A stretch of DNA of 64,000 nt from an uncultured Gemmatimonadales bacterium (GTDB lineage: Bacteria; Gemmatimonadota; Gemmatimonadetes; Gemmatimonadales; GWC2-71-9). The position numbers and the translations under genes were made by a program. How positions within the stretch are numbered: the stretch's first letter is position 1; each line of letters begins with the position of its first letter. The stretch lies in NCBI GenBank assembly GCA_963842945.1, contig CAWJIM010000016.1, forward strand, positions 64,001-128,000. The letters are read 5' to 3'. Below the pieces are notes generated by a model. It saw only the letters and a program-made list of their open reading frames with translations. It had not been told where the DNA came from and made no database searches. This document shows positions 42,388-53,748 of this stretch, in pieces.

Positions 42388-44577
42388 CTAGTTCTGCGCC
42401 GCAGCGCCCCCCGGGTGATACGACCGTTCCGTGTGGCCCTGGAACTGCCCGGGATAGAAGTAGACCTCGCGCAGGTTGCCGCCGGCGTACCGTTCCGCCT
42501 GGTCATTGAAATGCCGCGAGCGAGGATCGCCGCTCTCACCTCCCGGGCTTACCGCCCTGGCCCGGACGCTGTCCTTTCCGAATTCCACCACCGCAACGAA
42601 CGTGTTGCCGAAGGTTCCGTATCGGCGCTTGGTTCCGGGGTACGTCTTGGCGCCGTAGGCCGCCAGGGACCCCCACTGCGCCGACGTGAACGGCACAGGG
42701 GTGCTCGGCGCCGAGTCGCGGAACGTCTGCTCGACATCACCAGTGAGCCGTTGGAAACGATTGATCTCGCCCCAAGGAGTCTTCCAGCTTCCGAAATCAC
42801 GGGTAAGGCGATCCTGCGCTGCCTGAAGAGCAGCCAGAGCCTGCGGAGGGCGGACCCGTGCCGTCATGTACTCATAGGTAGTCATGCCCGCATCCGCCGC
42901 GTATGCCTGTACCGACTGGGCCAGCGCCTCACCCCAGTAGACCGCCAGCGCCGTCGTCACCGAAGCTGCGCTCCAGCGATAGTTCCACTTCCTGAGAGAG
43001 TCTATCGGCTCCGCCAGCCGCCGCTTGAGCGTGTCCCCGGCTGCCGGGATCGAGTCGTAAGCCGCAATCAGTGCCGGCACCAGCCGGGCAAATGCCGGGA
43101 GGTAGCTGTCGAATGCCGCATCCTGCAGCCGATCGAGGCTGAAGTCCTTCTTTCCATCCAGCACCATGATGGCGTGGAGGCCCCGAGGGCTCTCTCCGGC
43201 GTTGTCCATGTAGGCGGGGAACTTCTTCTGCTCCGGGCTGTAGCGGCCCGCGGCTGAATAGGGCCAGTTGTTCACATTCTGAATCCAGCCGTTGGGCGGG
43301 TCGATGACGTGCGGACTGTCCTCGACGCCGTGCACTCCCTTCCATTCAGTAGCCGGATTGCTTCCGTCCACCGGCAGATCCCAATTGAACCGAACGTCCC
43401 GCCGGGGCACAAACTGGGGATGGAAATATGCGATGTGCCCGTCTGCGTCGGCGTAGACCGTGTTGTTGGACGAGTTCGCGTGCAACTCCATAACCTTGCG
43501 GTACTCGGCGAGCGAGCGGGCCTTGGTGCGTAGATACGACTGGCTCAGCGCCTCGATCGGCTTCTGCATCAGCCGCACACTGATCCACGCATCCTCTGCC
43601 GCTCGAACAATCGGGCCGTGATGGCTTCGGTAGACCGTGAACGAGCGTGACTGCATGCCTCCTGGTGTGCGGTAGGGTACCGTGATCCGCTGGCTCACCA
43701 GCGGGAGCTCCTTCCCACCATACCGATAAAAGAGCCGATCCCCCCGGCGTATCACCGTCTCGGCGTACTCATCAATAGCGTCAGCGCCGGTGGATGTATG
43801 CATCCAGCCCAGCCGGTCGTTGAAGCCCTGATAGATGAAGAACTGGCCCCAGGTTGCCGCCCCATAGGCGTTGAGCCCCTCATCGCTGGTCATCTGCAGC
43901 TCGGAGCGAAAGAAGAACGTGGTGTGGGGGTTGATCAGCAGGAGGGCCCTGTGATTCACCGTGTTGGCGGGGGCGATCGCGAAGCCGTTCGACTCGGATT
44001 TCAGGGTGGCCCGGCGGGTCGAATCCAGCGGAGAAGGGCGGCTCGCGGTGTCGCCGTAGAACTTTCGCAAGTCATCGAGGTCTATGCTCTCGATGTCGCC
44101 GCCGATGCTCCCCTCGGTGAAGCTGAGCGCCATCCAGGGCTCGAACCGCTCGATCACCCTGGGTTTTACCGCCGGGTGAGTGTGCAGGTAGAAATTCAGC
44201 CCGTCGGCCCAGGCGTTCATCAGGCGCTGAAGCCATTCAGGACTTCGGGTGTAGGTCGCCCGCAGGCTGTCGGGATCGATGAACAGCTTCATCCGTAGGT
44301 CCTGCCAGACCGCACTCTCGCCGGCGGCTTCGCCCAGCCTTCCGAGTGCGTTCAGATAATTGATCTCGACCCGATTGAAGTCGTCCTCCGCCTGGGCGTA
44401 GATCATCCCGAACACGGCCTCGGCGTCGGTCTTCCCGCGGATATGGGCAATGCCCCACTCGTCCCGGGTGATGCTGACTGCCCTGGCCTCTGCTACCCAG
44501 CGCGCCAGCGAGGAATCGCCCTGGGCGGGCGCCTGGATCAGGGAAATTGCGGACAACACAACTGGAAAGATTTGCAT
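42388..44577 (-). CDS. Penicillin acylase family (S45) Ntn hydrolase
   Basis: RDEWGIAHI, YAQAED, SNGFAIAP (beta-chain Ser) and LLINPH. Confidence 0.92.
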   Translation of the reverse strand: MQIFPVVLSAISLIQAPAQGDSSLARWVAEARAVSITRDEWGIAHIRGKTDAEAVFGMIYAQAEDDFNRVEINYLNALGRLGEAAGESAVWQDLRMKLFIDPDSLRATYTRSPEWLQRLMNAWADGLNFYLHTHPAVKPRVIERFEPWMALSFTEGSIGGDIESIDLDDLRKFYGDTASRPSPLDSTRRATLKSESNGFAIAPANTVNHRALLLINPHTTFFFRSELQMTSDEGLNAYGAATWGQFFIYQGFNDRLGWMHTSTGADAIDEYAETVIRRGDRLFYRYGGKELPLVSQRITVPYRTPGGMQSRSFTVYRSHHGPIVRAAEDAWISVRLMQKPIEALSQSYLRTKARSLAEYRKVMELHANSSNNTVYADADGHIAYFHPQFVPRRDVRFNWDLPVDGSNPATEWKGVHGVEDSPHVIDPPNGWIQNVNNWPYSAAGRYSPEQKKFPAYMDNAGESPRGLHAIMVLDGKKDFSLDRLQDAAFDSYLPAFARLVPALIAAYDSIPAAGDTLKRRLAEPIDSLRKWNYRWSAASVTTALAVYWGEALAQSVQAYAADAGMTTYEYMTARVRPPQALAALQAAQDRLTRDFGSWKTPWGEINRFQRLTGDVEQTFRDSAPSTPVPFTSAQWGSLAAYGAKTYPGTKRRYGTFGNTFVAVVEFGKDSVRARAVSPGGESGDPRSRHFNDQAERYAGGNLREVYFYPGQFQGHTERSYHPGGAAAQN

Positions 44578-44737
44578 GGCTATGAAGTACTCACCGGAGC
44601 GAGAGAGAGCACGAAGACAGGGAGGTTATACGCGACTTTCGCGTTGCACCACTGGCCGGCGGAGAGCTCGCGTCCCATTATCAAGTGATCTCCTTGGGCA
44701 GGTCCGCTTGGTCCGCGGACACATTCTGGAGGCAGAT

Positions 44738-45097
44738 GTGCCAAGGCTCCCACGTGATGGTGCGCGACTTCGCAAGCTGGCGCTCTCCTATCCCGGCGCG
44801 CACGAGGACATGCCCTGGGGCCATCACGCCATCAAGGTCAAAGGAAAGTCCTTCGTCTTCCTGGCCGCGGATGAAGACACCTTCTCCCTTTCGGCGAAGC
44901 TGCCCTCCTCCGCCGGGGTTGCAGTGAAACTCCCCTTTGCCTCCCCCACGGAATACGGACTGGGCAAGAGCGGCTGGGTCACCGCCCGGTTTCCGCGCTC
45001 GGCCAAGGTTCCGGTAAAGCTGCTCCAGCTCTGGATCGACGAGAGCTATCGTGCGATTGCGCCCAGGAAGCTCGTGGCCCAGCTACCCGACGAGTGA
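44738..45097 (+). CDS. MmcQ/YjbR family protein
   Basis: EDMPWG..KVKGKSF..YGLGKSGWV..WIDESYR.IAP. Confidence 0.85.
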   Translation: MPRLPRDGARLRKLALSYPGAHEDMPWGHHAIKVKGKSFVFLAADEDTFSLSAKLPSSAGVAVKLPFASPTEYGLGKSGWVTARFPRSAKVPVKLLQLWIDESYRAIAPRKLVAQLPDE

Positions 45098-45500
45098 GGA
45101 CGACGCGGCTTCAAGCCCCATTCGCTGGGCTGATCCTGGCCCAGACCGCCCATTCGATCGAGGAGTATGCCGGCCGGCTTTGGGAATCGTTCCCGCCGGC
45201 CCGTTTCATGTCCGGCCTGATTTCATCCGACCTCGAGCGGTAACTTCCTGCTCCTGAACGGCGCCCTCATCGCCTTCGGAGTGTGGTGCCTTTTCTGGCC
45301 CGTTCGCCGGGGCTGGCCGGTGGCTCGGACCCTGGCCTGGATCTGGGTAACGATCGAGGTGGTCAACGGTGTGGGCCACACGTTGTGGAGCCTCCTCCGG
45401 GGCGGGTACACGCCTGGGGTTGCGACGGCCCCCGTGCTGCTGCTGCTGGCCGGGTACCTTGGATACCGGTTGGGGCAGGAGGACGCGGTATTCGGCATGA
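45094..45500 (+). CDS. HXXEE-domain membrane protein; frameshifted, end approximate
   Basis: AHSIEEY, NGVGH and YTPGVATA. Confidence 0.75.
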
Positions 45501-45596
45501 ACCTCCCGGCATGGTTCTGGCGAATGTCGACAATTTCGGGTATAAGCAGCACAGCGAGCGCGCACGAAGAACTTCAACCCGCCCGGCAGGACGACC

Positions 45597-46103
45597 ATGC
45601 CAGATCCGGAATACGAACGCCCGGCGGTTTCCGTCTGGCATATCCTGCTCGGGCCGCTCCCGCCCGATGCCACGCCAGTCCGGAAACCGGTTGTGCCACC
45701 CGGTATGATTCCCGAGCCCGAAGCCTCGGCCGTGGCCGGCTGGGAACAGCTCATCCTGCATCTCTCGGCGGGCGACGCGGGCTCCCGCACGATACAGGTG
45801 GTGCTCGACGGCAACGGTGCCCTGCTCAGCGCGGGTGACGGCGTGCTGTACCGCAGCGGTCTCCAGAATCCCGCTCCGCCACCCATCGAGGAACCAGCCC
45901 TGATTCAGCAGGAGAATCTGGGGGGTCGCTTCGAGCCGGACGGCAGCTTTCATGGAACCCGGTGGCGCTCAGTAGCCATCGACAGGGGAGAGGAGGAGCT
46001 GGATTGGGAGATGGCCCGGAGCGAGCCCAGTGCCGAGGATGTCGCCGGTCTACGAGCCGTCGTGGATGAAGTAATCCGGCGTCAGTCGCCCAAATCTCAG
46101 TGA
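45597..46103 (+). CDS. Hypothetical protein
   Basis: 168-aa ORF with AGGA RBS, fits the gene string. Confidence 0.6.
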   Translation: MPDPEYERPAVSVWHILLGPLPPDATPVRKPVVPPGMIPEPEASAVAGWEQLILHLSAGDAGSRTIQVVLDGNGALLSAGDGVLYRSGLQNPAPPPIEEPALIQQENLGGRFEPDGSFHGTRWRSVAIDRGEEELDWEMARSEPSAEDVAGLRAVVDEVIRRQSPKSQ

Positions 46104-46112
46104 GGTGAACCC

Positions 46113-46415
46113 ATGCTCGGTGGCCGTCCCTGGAGCGAGTGGATCACCCGATACTCCCATAGTCATCAGCACCCGATCAATCGGTTCTGTCACACGCTCG
46201 GCATACCCCTGATCGCGCTCTCGATTCCGTTGGCGGTAGTCGGCATCTTCGTGTCCGGGCTCTGGCCCGTTGCACTCGCGATGTTCGTGGCGGGCTGGAT
46301 CTTCCAGTTTGTCGGACATGCCTTCGAGGGCAAGCCGCCGGAGTTCTTCCACGACTGGCGCTTCCTCTTTGTGGGCCTGCGCTGGTGGATTGCGAAGATG
46401 CGGGGGCGGGCCTGA
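46113..46415 (+). CDS. DUF962 / Mpo1-like membrane protein
   Basis: HQHPINRFCHTLGIP and GWIFQFVGHAFEGKPP. Confidence 0.88.
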   Translation: MLGGRPWSEWITRYSHSHQHPINRFCHTLGIPLIALSIPLAVVGIFVSGLWPVALAMFVAGWIFQFVGHAFEGKPPEFFHDWRFLFVGLRWWIAKMRGRA

Positions 46416-46429
46416 ATTCTGGCTTTACC

Positions 46430-47125
46430 ATGATTCCAGTCGCCCTGGCCTGGAGTGGGGGAAAGGATTCGAGCCTCGCGCTCGCGGCACTGCAGACCGA
46501 TCCAGCCTTCCAGCCTGTCGCCCTGCTCACGACCGTTACCGGCGGCTACGACCGGATCAGCATGCACGGCGTCAGGCGCAGCCTTCTCGATGCCCAAGTC
46601 AGAGAGCTCGGCCTTCCTTTGGTCGAGGCCACGATCCCGCCCGCAGCCAGCAACGCGATCTACGAGGAGGCCTTTGCGGCCGCGCTGGACGTTGTCCACT
46701 TGCAGCGTCCCGACCTCTGCCACCTCGCCTTCGGCGACCTCTTTCTCACCGACGTTCGCGCTTATCGCGAGCGACTGCTGAGCCGGCTGGGCTGGACCCC
46801 GGTGTTTCCGCTGTGGGGGCGGGATACGACACGGCTCGCGCGGCAGTTCATCCGTCAGGGCTTCCGCGCCGTCCTCACCTGCGTGGATACGACGCAGCTC
46901 GGCGCGGAGTTCGTCGGACGGGAGTTCGATGAGGAGCTGCTAGCCGACTTTCCCGAGCCGGTGGATCCCTGCGGGGAAAGGGGCGAGTTCCACACCTTCG
47001 TGTATGATGGGCCCATTTTCCAGCACCCCATTCACCTCGAGCGGGGCGAACGGGTGCGTCGTGACGACCGATTCGAGTATTGCGATCTGGTCCTCCCCGT
47101 CGTTCGGCCGGTTGCCGGAGGTTAG
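46430..47125 (+). CDS. Dph6/MJ0570-like ATP pyrophosphatase
   Basis: WSGGKDS PP-loop, FGDLFL and DPCGERGEFHTFVYDGPIF. Confidence 0.9.
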   Translation: MIPVALAWSGGKDSSLALAALQTDPAFQPVALLTTVTGGYDRISMHGVRRSLLDAQVRELGLPLVEATIPPAASNAIYEEAFAAALDVVHLQRPDLCHLAFGDLFLTDVRAYRERLLSRLGWTPVFPLWGRDTTRLARQFIRQGFRAVLTCVDTTQLGAEFVGREFDEELLADFPEPVDPCGERGEFHTFVYDGPIFQHPIHLERGERVRRDDRFEYCDLVLPVVRPVAGG

Positions 47126-47129
47126 CAAC

Positions 47130-47534
47130 ATGAGAACACAGCGATTCCTGATCGCCCTCTCTTTCCTGAACCTGCTCCTTCTCTCGTTCCTCCTGCTTTC
47201 GAGGACCAGGTCCGCATTGGCGAGCTCAGAATCCCCTGTGCTGCGGGGACGCGCGCTGGAGATCATCGATGATCAGGGACGAGTCCGAGCCAGCATCAAG
47301 CTGCACGAGGCCGGGACCTTCAAGCAGACCGGCAAGAAGATGCCGGAGACTGTGATGCTGCGGTTGATCGATCCTGCGGGTCGACCCGAGGTCAAGATCG
47401 GAGCCTCGGTCGAAGGTGGTGGACTGTCTCTGGTGGGAGAGTCAGACGCAACCCAGCTGCTTCTTCTGGCGGACAGCGGAAGCTCACTGCGATTGAAGAA
47501 TCAAACCGGCCAAGAGCGGGTGATCCAACCCTGA
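47130..47534 (+). CDS. Hypothetical membrane-anchored protein
   Basis: N-terminal TM helix, GGAGG RBS. Confidence 0.65.
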   Translation: MRTQRFLIALSFLNLLLLSFLLLSRTRSALASSESPVLRGRALEIIDDQGRVRASIKLHEAGTFKQTGKKMPETVMLRLIDPAGRPEVKIGASVEGGGLSLVGESDATQLLLLADSGSSLRLKNQTGQERVIQP

Positions 47535-47692
47535 CCAAACTGCTGGGCTTCGTCGGCGCCACCGCCGGTGGCTATGTGGGCTGGTGGGTCGGAGCGCCGG
47601 TTGGGACCATGACGGCGTTCATGCTTAGCATGCTCGGCACCGGTGCCGGACTCTACTACGGACGAAAGCTGGGTGACTACTACTCTCCCTGA
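47531..47692 (+). CDS. Small glycine-zipper-like membrane protein (CTG start or sequencing error)
   Basis: Read by hand: LTKLLGFVGATAGGYVGWWVGAPVGTMTAFMLSMLGTGAGLYYGRKLGDYYSP*. Confidence 0.6.
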   Translation: MTKLLGFVGATAGGYVGWWVGAPVGTMTAFMLSMLGTGAGLYYGRKLGDYYSP

Positions 47693-47699
47693 TACTGAG

Positions 47700-48143
47700 A
47701 GTCGCCCTCAGCTTCGAGGGAGGCACGTCCTGGTCGCGCGCCGCAGTTCTCCTGCTGGCCGGCTGCGGCCCGAATCCCTCACCGGCTCCCTCCCCCACCC
47801 TGAGCTGTGCCGTCGGCGACACAGCACTGGTCCGGGAGACGCTCTACTTCGGCCGCAACCGGCCGGGCGGCACGGTGTCGGACAGCGAATGGAACAGCTT
47901 CCTTGCCGATGTGGTGACGCCGCGCTTTCCCCAGGGACTGACGGTCACGGAGGGCGTGGGCCAGTGGAGAGGTGCGGACACCGGCGCGGTAGAGCAGGAG
48001 CGATCTGAAGTGGTCACCCTGTTCCATCCGGACAATGAAGCGGCCCGCCAATCGGTGCAGGAGATCGCCCGGAATACAAGCGACGGTTCCAACAGGAGGC
48101 GGTTCTCCGGGAGCGCACTCCGAGCTGTGTCCGGCTGGAGTAA
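47700..48143 (+). CDS. DUF3574 lipoprotein; frameshifted, start uncertain
   Basis: LLAGC, LYFGR, VTPRFPQGLTV..GQWR and YKRRFQQEAVLR. Confidence 0.8.
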
Positions 48144-48208
48144 GAGGCGGAAACCCCTCCCACCCTCTGGCCTCCGGCTCTCCGCCCCTCCGTCCGATAC
48201 TCAGAGGC

Positions 48209-48850
48209 ATGATCTCGAGCATCGATCAGGCCGACTGGCACTACGCCGGCGACTTCCCCCGCGAGCTCCCTCCCGAGGCCGGGGGTACCCACATCGGGAT
48301 GTACCTCGCCTGGATCATCCAGCGGGATCTGGGGAGCGCCACGCTCCGGAAGTACGCCCGCGATTCCCTGCCCCTCCTGCGCCAGCGGAAGCTTACCGGC
48401 CGCGAGCTGTTGTTCACCGAGCTGGACGAGAAGTTCTACCAGACCCTGCTGACCAAGGTGGGCCGGGAATTTACCCGGGACTACTACGAGACCGGCTGCT
48501 ATATCGACGATTACGATGAGGTCCTGGGCGGCTCCTTGGCAACCATCTATCACGTGATGGACTCCTGGAGCAACTACGATCGGCTTGCGCCCGATCATCG
48601 ACAACCGCTATTGCCCAGTGGAAGGAAGGAAACGCCCCCCTTCCCGGTACGCTGCAAACCCAGCTGAAGTTGCTGGAGGAGGAATATCTGGACACCATCC
48701 TGGCGGTCGCCGGTAAGCTCCCGGCTGACCCCCACGCGGCCCTGGCGATCTTCCAGGAGTATCTGGCTCGGGAGCCATTACCAGCCTTTCGAACCCGGGT
48801 AGTCCGTGAGATCGAACGACTCCGCCTCAAGTACCAGCTCGACGACTGAA
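48209..48850 (+). CDS. Hypothetical protein; frameshift ~48600
   Basis: DQADWHYAGDFP..THIGMYLAWII. Confidence 0.6.
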
Positions 48851-48920
48851 GCCCGCCGAGAGCCGAACTTTTTCTCCGGACATTCCGTAGATTTTCCCAT
48901 ACCTCATCCGGAGGTTCGGC

Positions 48921-49392
48921 ATGGTACGTCCGTTCATCCTGGTATCGATATTCCTGCTCTGTCTCTCAGTGCCAGCAACAGCGCAAACGTCTCCCTCCGC
49001 CGAAAAGGCCTCGGTTAAACGCGCCATCGATGCCGGGAAACGCCGCCTACATCGCGGCCTTCAAGCAGGCAGACGCAAAGGCGCTGTCTCAGGTTTATGA
49101 CCCGCAGGGCTCCCGTCTCAACGAAGGTGGGATCGTGGTCCGCGGCCGAAGCGCCATTGCCGACGATGTCGGGAAGTTCGTCAGCCAGGTGGGGCCGGTG
49201 AAGGTGCAGCTCGACAGCAAAGAGGTCTGGCTCATCGACGACAAGGCGTACGAGACCGGGATCTGGTCCTACACCTTCCAGCCCAAAGGCAAAGCCGAGC
49301 AGCACATCGGCGGACACTACGTGACGGTGTGGAAGAGGCAGCCCGACAGCGGGTGGAAGATCTGGGCGGACATGGGTGTACCGGGGACATAG
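48921..49392 (+). CDS. Secreted NTF2-like (DUF4440/YybH) protein; frameshift ~49035
   Basis: Signal peptide; AYETG..Y and G.YVTVWKRQPDSGWKI. Confidence 0.8.
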
Positions 49393-49480
49393 TGGAGAGT
49401 CGGAGGGGCGGAGGCTCGGAGGTCGAGAGTCGGACCGCCTGGCCGTCCGACCGCCCGATCGTCTGACCGACTCCGACCCA
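49393..49480. repeat. Octamer-type repeat cluster forming an inverted pair
   Basis: ggagagtcggaggggcggaggctcggaggtc...ccgtccgaccgcccgatcgtctgaccgactccgacc. Confidence 0.65.
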
Positions 49481-49504
49481 TTTGACCCGTATCTTCCCCT
49501 CTCA

Positions 49505-52183
49505 ATGGACCAAATCTTCGAGGAGCTCAAGTCGGCCCTCGCCGAGCGCTACCTGCTGGAGCGCGAGCTCGGCGCGGGCGGGATGGCCACTGTGTTCCTG
49601 GCTCACGACCCGCGCCACAACCGGAAGGTCGCGATCAAGGTCATGCATCCAGACCTCGCGCTGCTGTTCGGTCCCCATCGCTTCCTGAAGGAGATCGAGA
49701 CCACCGCCAACCTGCAGCACCGCATATTCTGCCGCTGTTCGACTCGGGCCAGGTCGCCAATACCGTCTTCTACGTGATGCCCTACCTCCAGGGCGAATCG
49801 CTCCGGGCCCGCGTCACTCGGGAGAAACAGCTCCCGGTGGCCGACGCACTCCGCATCGCGAGCGAGATCGCATCCGGGCTGGACTACGCTCACCGCCACG
49901 GCGTGGTCCACCGCGACATCAAGCCCGACAACGTGCTGTTCCATGACGGCCGGGCGCATGATCGCCGACTTCGGCATCGCGCTGATCCGAAGCGGCGGCG
50001 ATACCGGCATTCGCCTTACCAAGGCCGGGGTGAGTCTGGGCACGCCGCAGTACATGAGCCCCGAGCAGGCGTCCGGCGTCGCACGATCTCGACCCGCGGA
50101 CCGACATCTACTCGCTCGGCGCGGTGCTCTACGAAATGCTGAGCGGCCAGCCGCCGTTCGTGGGTCCGTCGGTGCAGACGATCGTGGCCTCGATCCTGGC
50201 GGATGAGCCGGTGCCGCTGGAGCAGAAGCGGAGATCGGTCCCGCACCACGTCGAGCGCCGCCGTCGAGCGCGCGCTGGAGAAGCTCCCCGCCGACCGGTG
50301 GCAGACCGCCGCTGAGTTTGCAGACGCGCTTGACAGGCAGACCCGGCCGTCACGGAGACGGCTGGCTCCGCTCGGTCGGCCGGACGTCGCACCTGGATTC
50401 TCTGGGCCGGCGCAGCTGCGGCGGCCGCGCTGGCTCTCGGACTCGGTGCGCTTCGGGTGCGCCCATGGCGGGGCCCGGCCTCACCGCCGTCCGCCGGGCC
50501 GGTACGCTTCGAAGTGGAGTTCGATTCCGGGGTCACGCCGACGGTCACCCCGGTGATTCGACTCAGCCCCGATGGCCGGCAGCTCTTCGTCACCGGCATG
50601 GTGGGCCGCCAGGAAGAGGTGCTCCGCCGAAGACTCGATCAATCGCAGATGCAGGTCGTCGCCGGCGCGGGACAGGGAGACCAGGGGACCGGCAACAGCC
50701 GCCCGTTCGTCTCCCCGGACGGTCGTTGGATCGCCTCCTTCAAGCAGGGAAAGCTGAGGAAGATTCCGGTAGAGGGAGGGCCCGCCATCGACCTGGCTGC
50801 GTCCGACTGGGCCGGCGGGAGCTGGGGCCGGAACGGGAAGCTGGTGTACGGCCGCTCCTATAACACCGGGCTCTGGATGGTGAGCGAAGCCGGCGGCGAC
50901 GAGCGGATGATCAGCCGGCCGGATACGTCCAAGGGAGAGCTGGGCCACTGGTGGCCCCAGATCCTGCCCGACGGCGATCACGTGATCTTTACCGCCTACC
51001 GCACCCCGATCGACCGGTCCACCATCGAGGTGCTCTCGATCAGGACGGGACAGCGCAAGGTGCTGTTCACCGGCGGCGTGTTCGGGCTTCTACGTGCCGG
51101 CGGGTTATCTGATCTATGCGGCGGGTGAAGCGATCCGGGCGGTGCCGTTCGACCTCAAGCGGCTGGCTGTTACCGGGACTGCGCTTGCGGTGGTCGACAG
51201 CGTCGCGATGAACCCCACCGATGGCGCCGTCGCCTTCGACGTCTCGGAGAACGGCACCCTCGCCTACATGCCGCTGAGCTCATACGTCACCGAGAGCGAT
51301 GTCGTCTTCGTGGACCGGCGCGGCAAGGAGACCAGGGCGATTCCGGCGAGCGACCGCTACGATCATCCGCGGCTCTCGCCCGACGGCCGACGCATTGCGG
51401 TGGACATTCGCTCGGCCAATTCCGCAGGAGACGTCTGGGTGTTTCAGGTGGGGCGCGCGGGCGGGACCAGGGTCACCGCGGAGGGCGGGCGCGACTTCGG
51501 CAGCGAATGGACGGCCGATGGGCGCGACCTGATCTACAGCAGCGAGCACCCCTTCTACGATCTGTACCGCCGCGCGGCTGACGCAAGCCGGCCGCCTCAG
51601 CCGGTGGTGACCGGCGGCTTCGACCGCTACACCGGCAGCGTCTCCGCCGATGGCAAGCTGCTCGCCTTCATGCTCAGCGCTCCCACCAGCGGCTCGGAGC
51701 TCTGGACCGTACCGCTGGACGATCCCCACCGCGCTGCCCGGTATCTGGCGAACGGCTTCGATCTGGCGCACCCGTCGATTTCGCCCGACGGCCAATGGAT
51801 GGCGTACGACTCCAACGAGGGAGGGCGGGTCGAGGTGTACGTCCAGTCGTTTCCCGACCCAAAGCGGCAGCGCTACAAGATTTCCCCCAGCTACGGCTCG
51901 GAGCCGCTGCTGGACTCGTGGAGGCCGCGAGCTGGTGTATCGCAAGGGCGACAGCGTCATGGCGGTAAGCCTGGATCTCGCGAGCGGCCAGATCGGCCAG
52001 CCGGTCGCCCTGTTCGGGGGCCCCTACCCCGACAATCCCGGCTGGACCCGGCCCCGGAGCTATGACGTCACCACCGATGGCGAGCGGTTTCTCATGACCA
52101 AGCTTCCGGCCAACCGCCTTCGACCGCGTATTGCGGTGGTGCTCAATTGGTTCGACGAGCTGAGGGCGCGAGTCGGCCGATAA
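49505..52183 (+). CDS. Hanks-type Ser/Thr kinase with C-terminal PD40/TolB-like propeller; several frameshifts
   Basis: LGAGGMATV, VAIK, HRDIKPDN, DFG, GTPQYMSPEQ and SPDG repeats. Confidence 0.9.
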
Positions 52184-52515
52184 GTTACCGCCCAACCGCC
52201 ACCTTCCCTCGAACGCTCTCCTGAGCGCGGCGACATCCAACTCTTCATCGATCGCTTCCGTCGCATTGCTCCGCTTTTCCTTGTCCCCATCGCTCACATC
52301 TGGATCATCGGCACCGGTGAATGATCTTAATGCTATGCGATAAATTACTTCACGTTTAGGTCGTAATGCCTAGCTAATGTTATGTGCTTTCGAATAAACG
52401 CTATAGTGATTTAAGGTCGCTGGCATCCAAACATCTGCACTTGAGTTTCGCTTGACCTGGGTGTCTTACCCTGAGCCACATGAAAGCACACCGTATCCCG
52501 CTTTAGAGGTTCCCA

Positions 52516-53615
52516 ATGGCCACCCGACGTCTTCGTGCCCTGCCGCTTTGGATAGCATCGTTCGCCTTGATGAACTGGGGTTGCTCCTCGGACGACCGTC
52601 GCCCGTTGGCCCGAATGCCCGCCGAGCTGAGCGCACCGCAACCGCCACTATACACATTCGACACCTTGGACTCTTCCGGGAGAGGCCTTCGGCATCAACA
52701 ACGCCGGCGTAGTGGTCGGCGCAGCACCCTGAGTGCCTACCGCATCCGAAGCCAGCTTCATGTGGAAGGCCGGAGTCTTCAAGGACCTGGGGACCATAGT
52801 GGGCGGCAATGAAAGTGCCGGGCGAACGACATCAATAACGATGGCGTCATCGTCGGCTGGAGCCGCAACAGCGCGGGCGACATGCGCGCCCTGCGCTGGG
52901 CGCGCCGACGGAAAGAAGCGAAGTCTGGGAACACTGGGCGGGCGCAACAGCGAGGCCCGGGCAATCAACGACTTCGGCGTCATCGTCGGCTGGAGCGAGA
53001 CCCTCGAGCGGGCGGCGGCACGCCTTCCGCTGGGAGAACGGCGTCATGACCGATCTCGGCACCATGGGGGGAGCCAGCTCGGAGGCGTATGACATCAATC
53101 GGGGCGGCGCCATCGTGGGTCGAGCCGGATGGCCTCGGGTGAGCTCCACGCCTTCAAGTGGAAGAGCCGGCGTCGTTCAAGGACCTCGGCACCAAGTCCG
53201 GGGGGGCGCAGGATGCGGTTCAGCTGTCGCCACTGCAGTCAACACCAAGGGTCAGATCGCCGGGATCCTGGGTCCATCGCTCGATGCCCAGGGCGAGGAG
53301 GTGGATCTCCCGGGGGGTTCCTGTTCTACCAGGACGTGATGACTACCTGCTGCCGGTTCCGCCGTCCCACCACGGAGGTGAAGGACATCAACCCCAACGG
53401 GATCATCGTCGGCTGGGAGGAGGATGTGCGGGGGGCGGAGGACCGACGATAACGAGGACGCCTGGGTCTATGAGGCAGGGACGACCAGCTCGCCTTCCCG
53501 AGCTTTCGGAGGGACACAGTGGGGCCGAGGGCATCAATCTCGGCGGCGACATCGTGGGCTACAGCCAGCCTTCGCTCGTCGGACCATTCACGCGGTGCTC
53601 TGGCGGCGGCAGTAA
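52516..53615 (+). CDS. HAF-repeat extracellular (lipo)protein; heavily frameshifted, possibly a pseudogene
   Basis: DLGTx[14 protein letters not shown] and HAF.W repeats spread over frames. Confidence 0.75.
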
Positions 53616-53748
53616 CCTGCACAGGGAAAACGGGGGCAGTACGCCCGGGGCTATCTTCTCCCCTCGCCGGGTGAATGGAACGGCCACGAGCTCCGTGATG
53701 GAATCTCGCGTCCGTACGCATTGCCATGACCATATCTCAGGACGGCAC

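Noticed and set aside
35823..49392. Integron cassette array
   Set aside because: Many short, mostly same-strand genes, but they abut or overlap, and no recurring attC structure or intI was seen
52362..52392. dif site
   Set aside because: Only TTATGT matches; the XerC arm and the rest of the XerD arm do not fit
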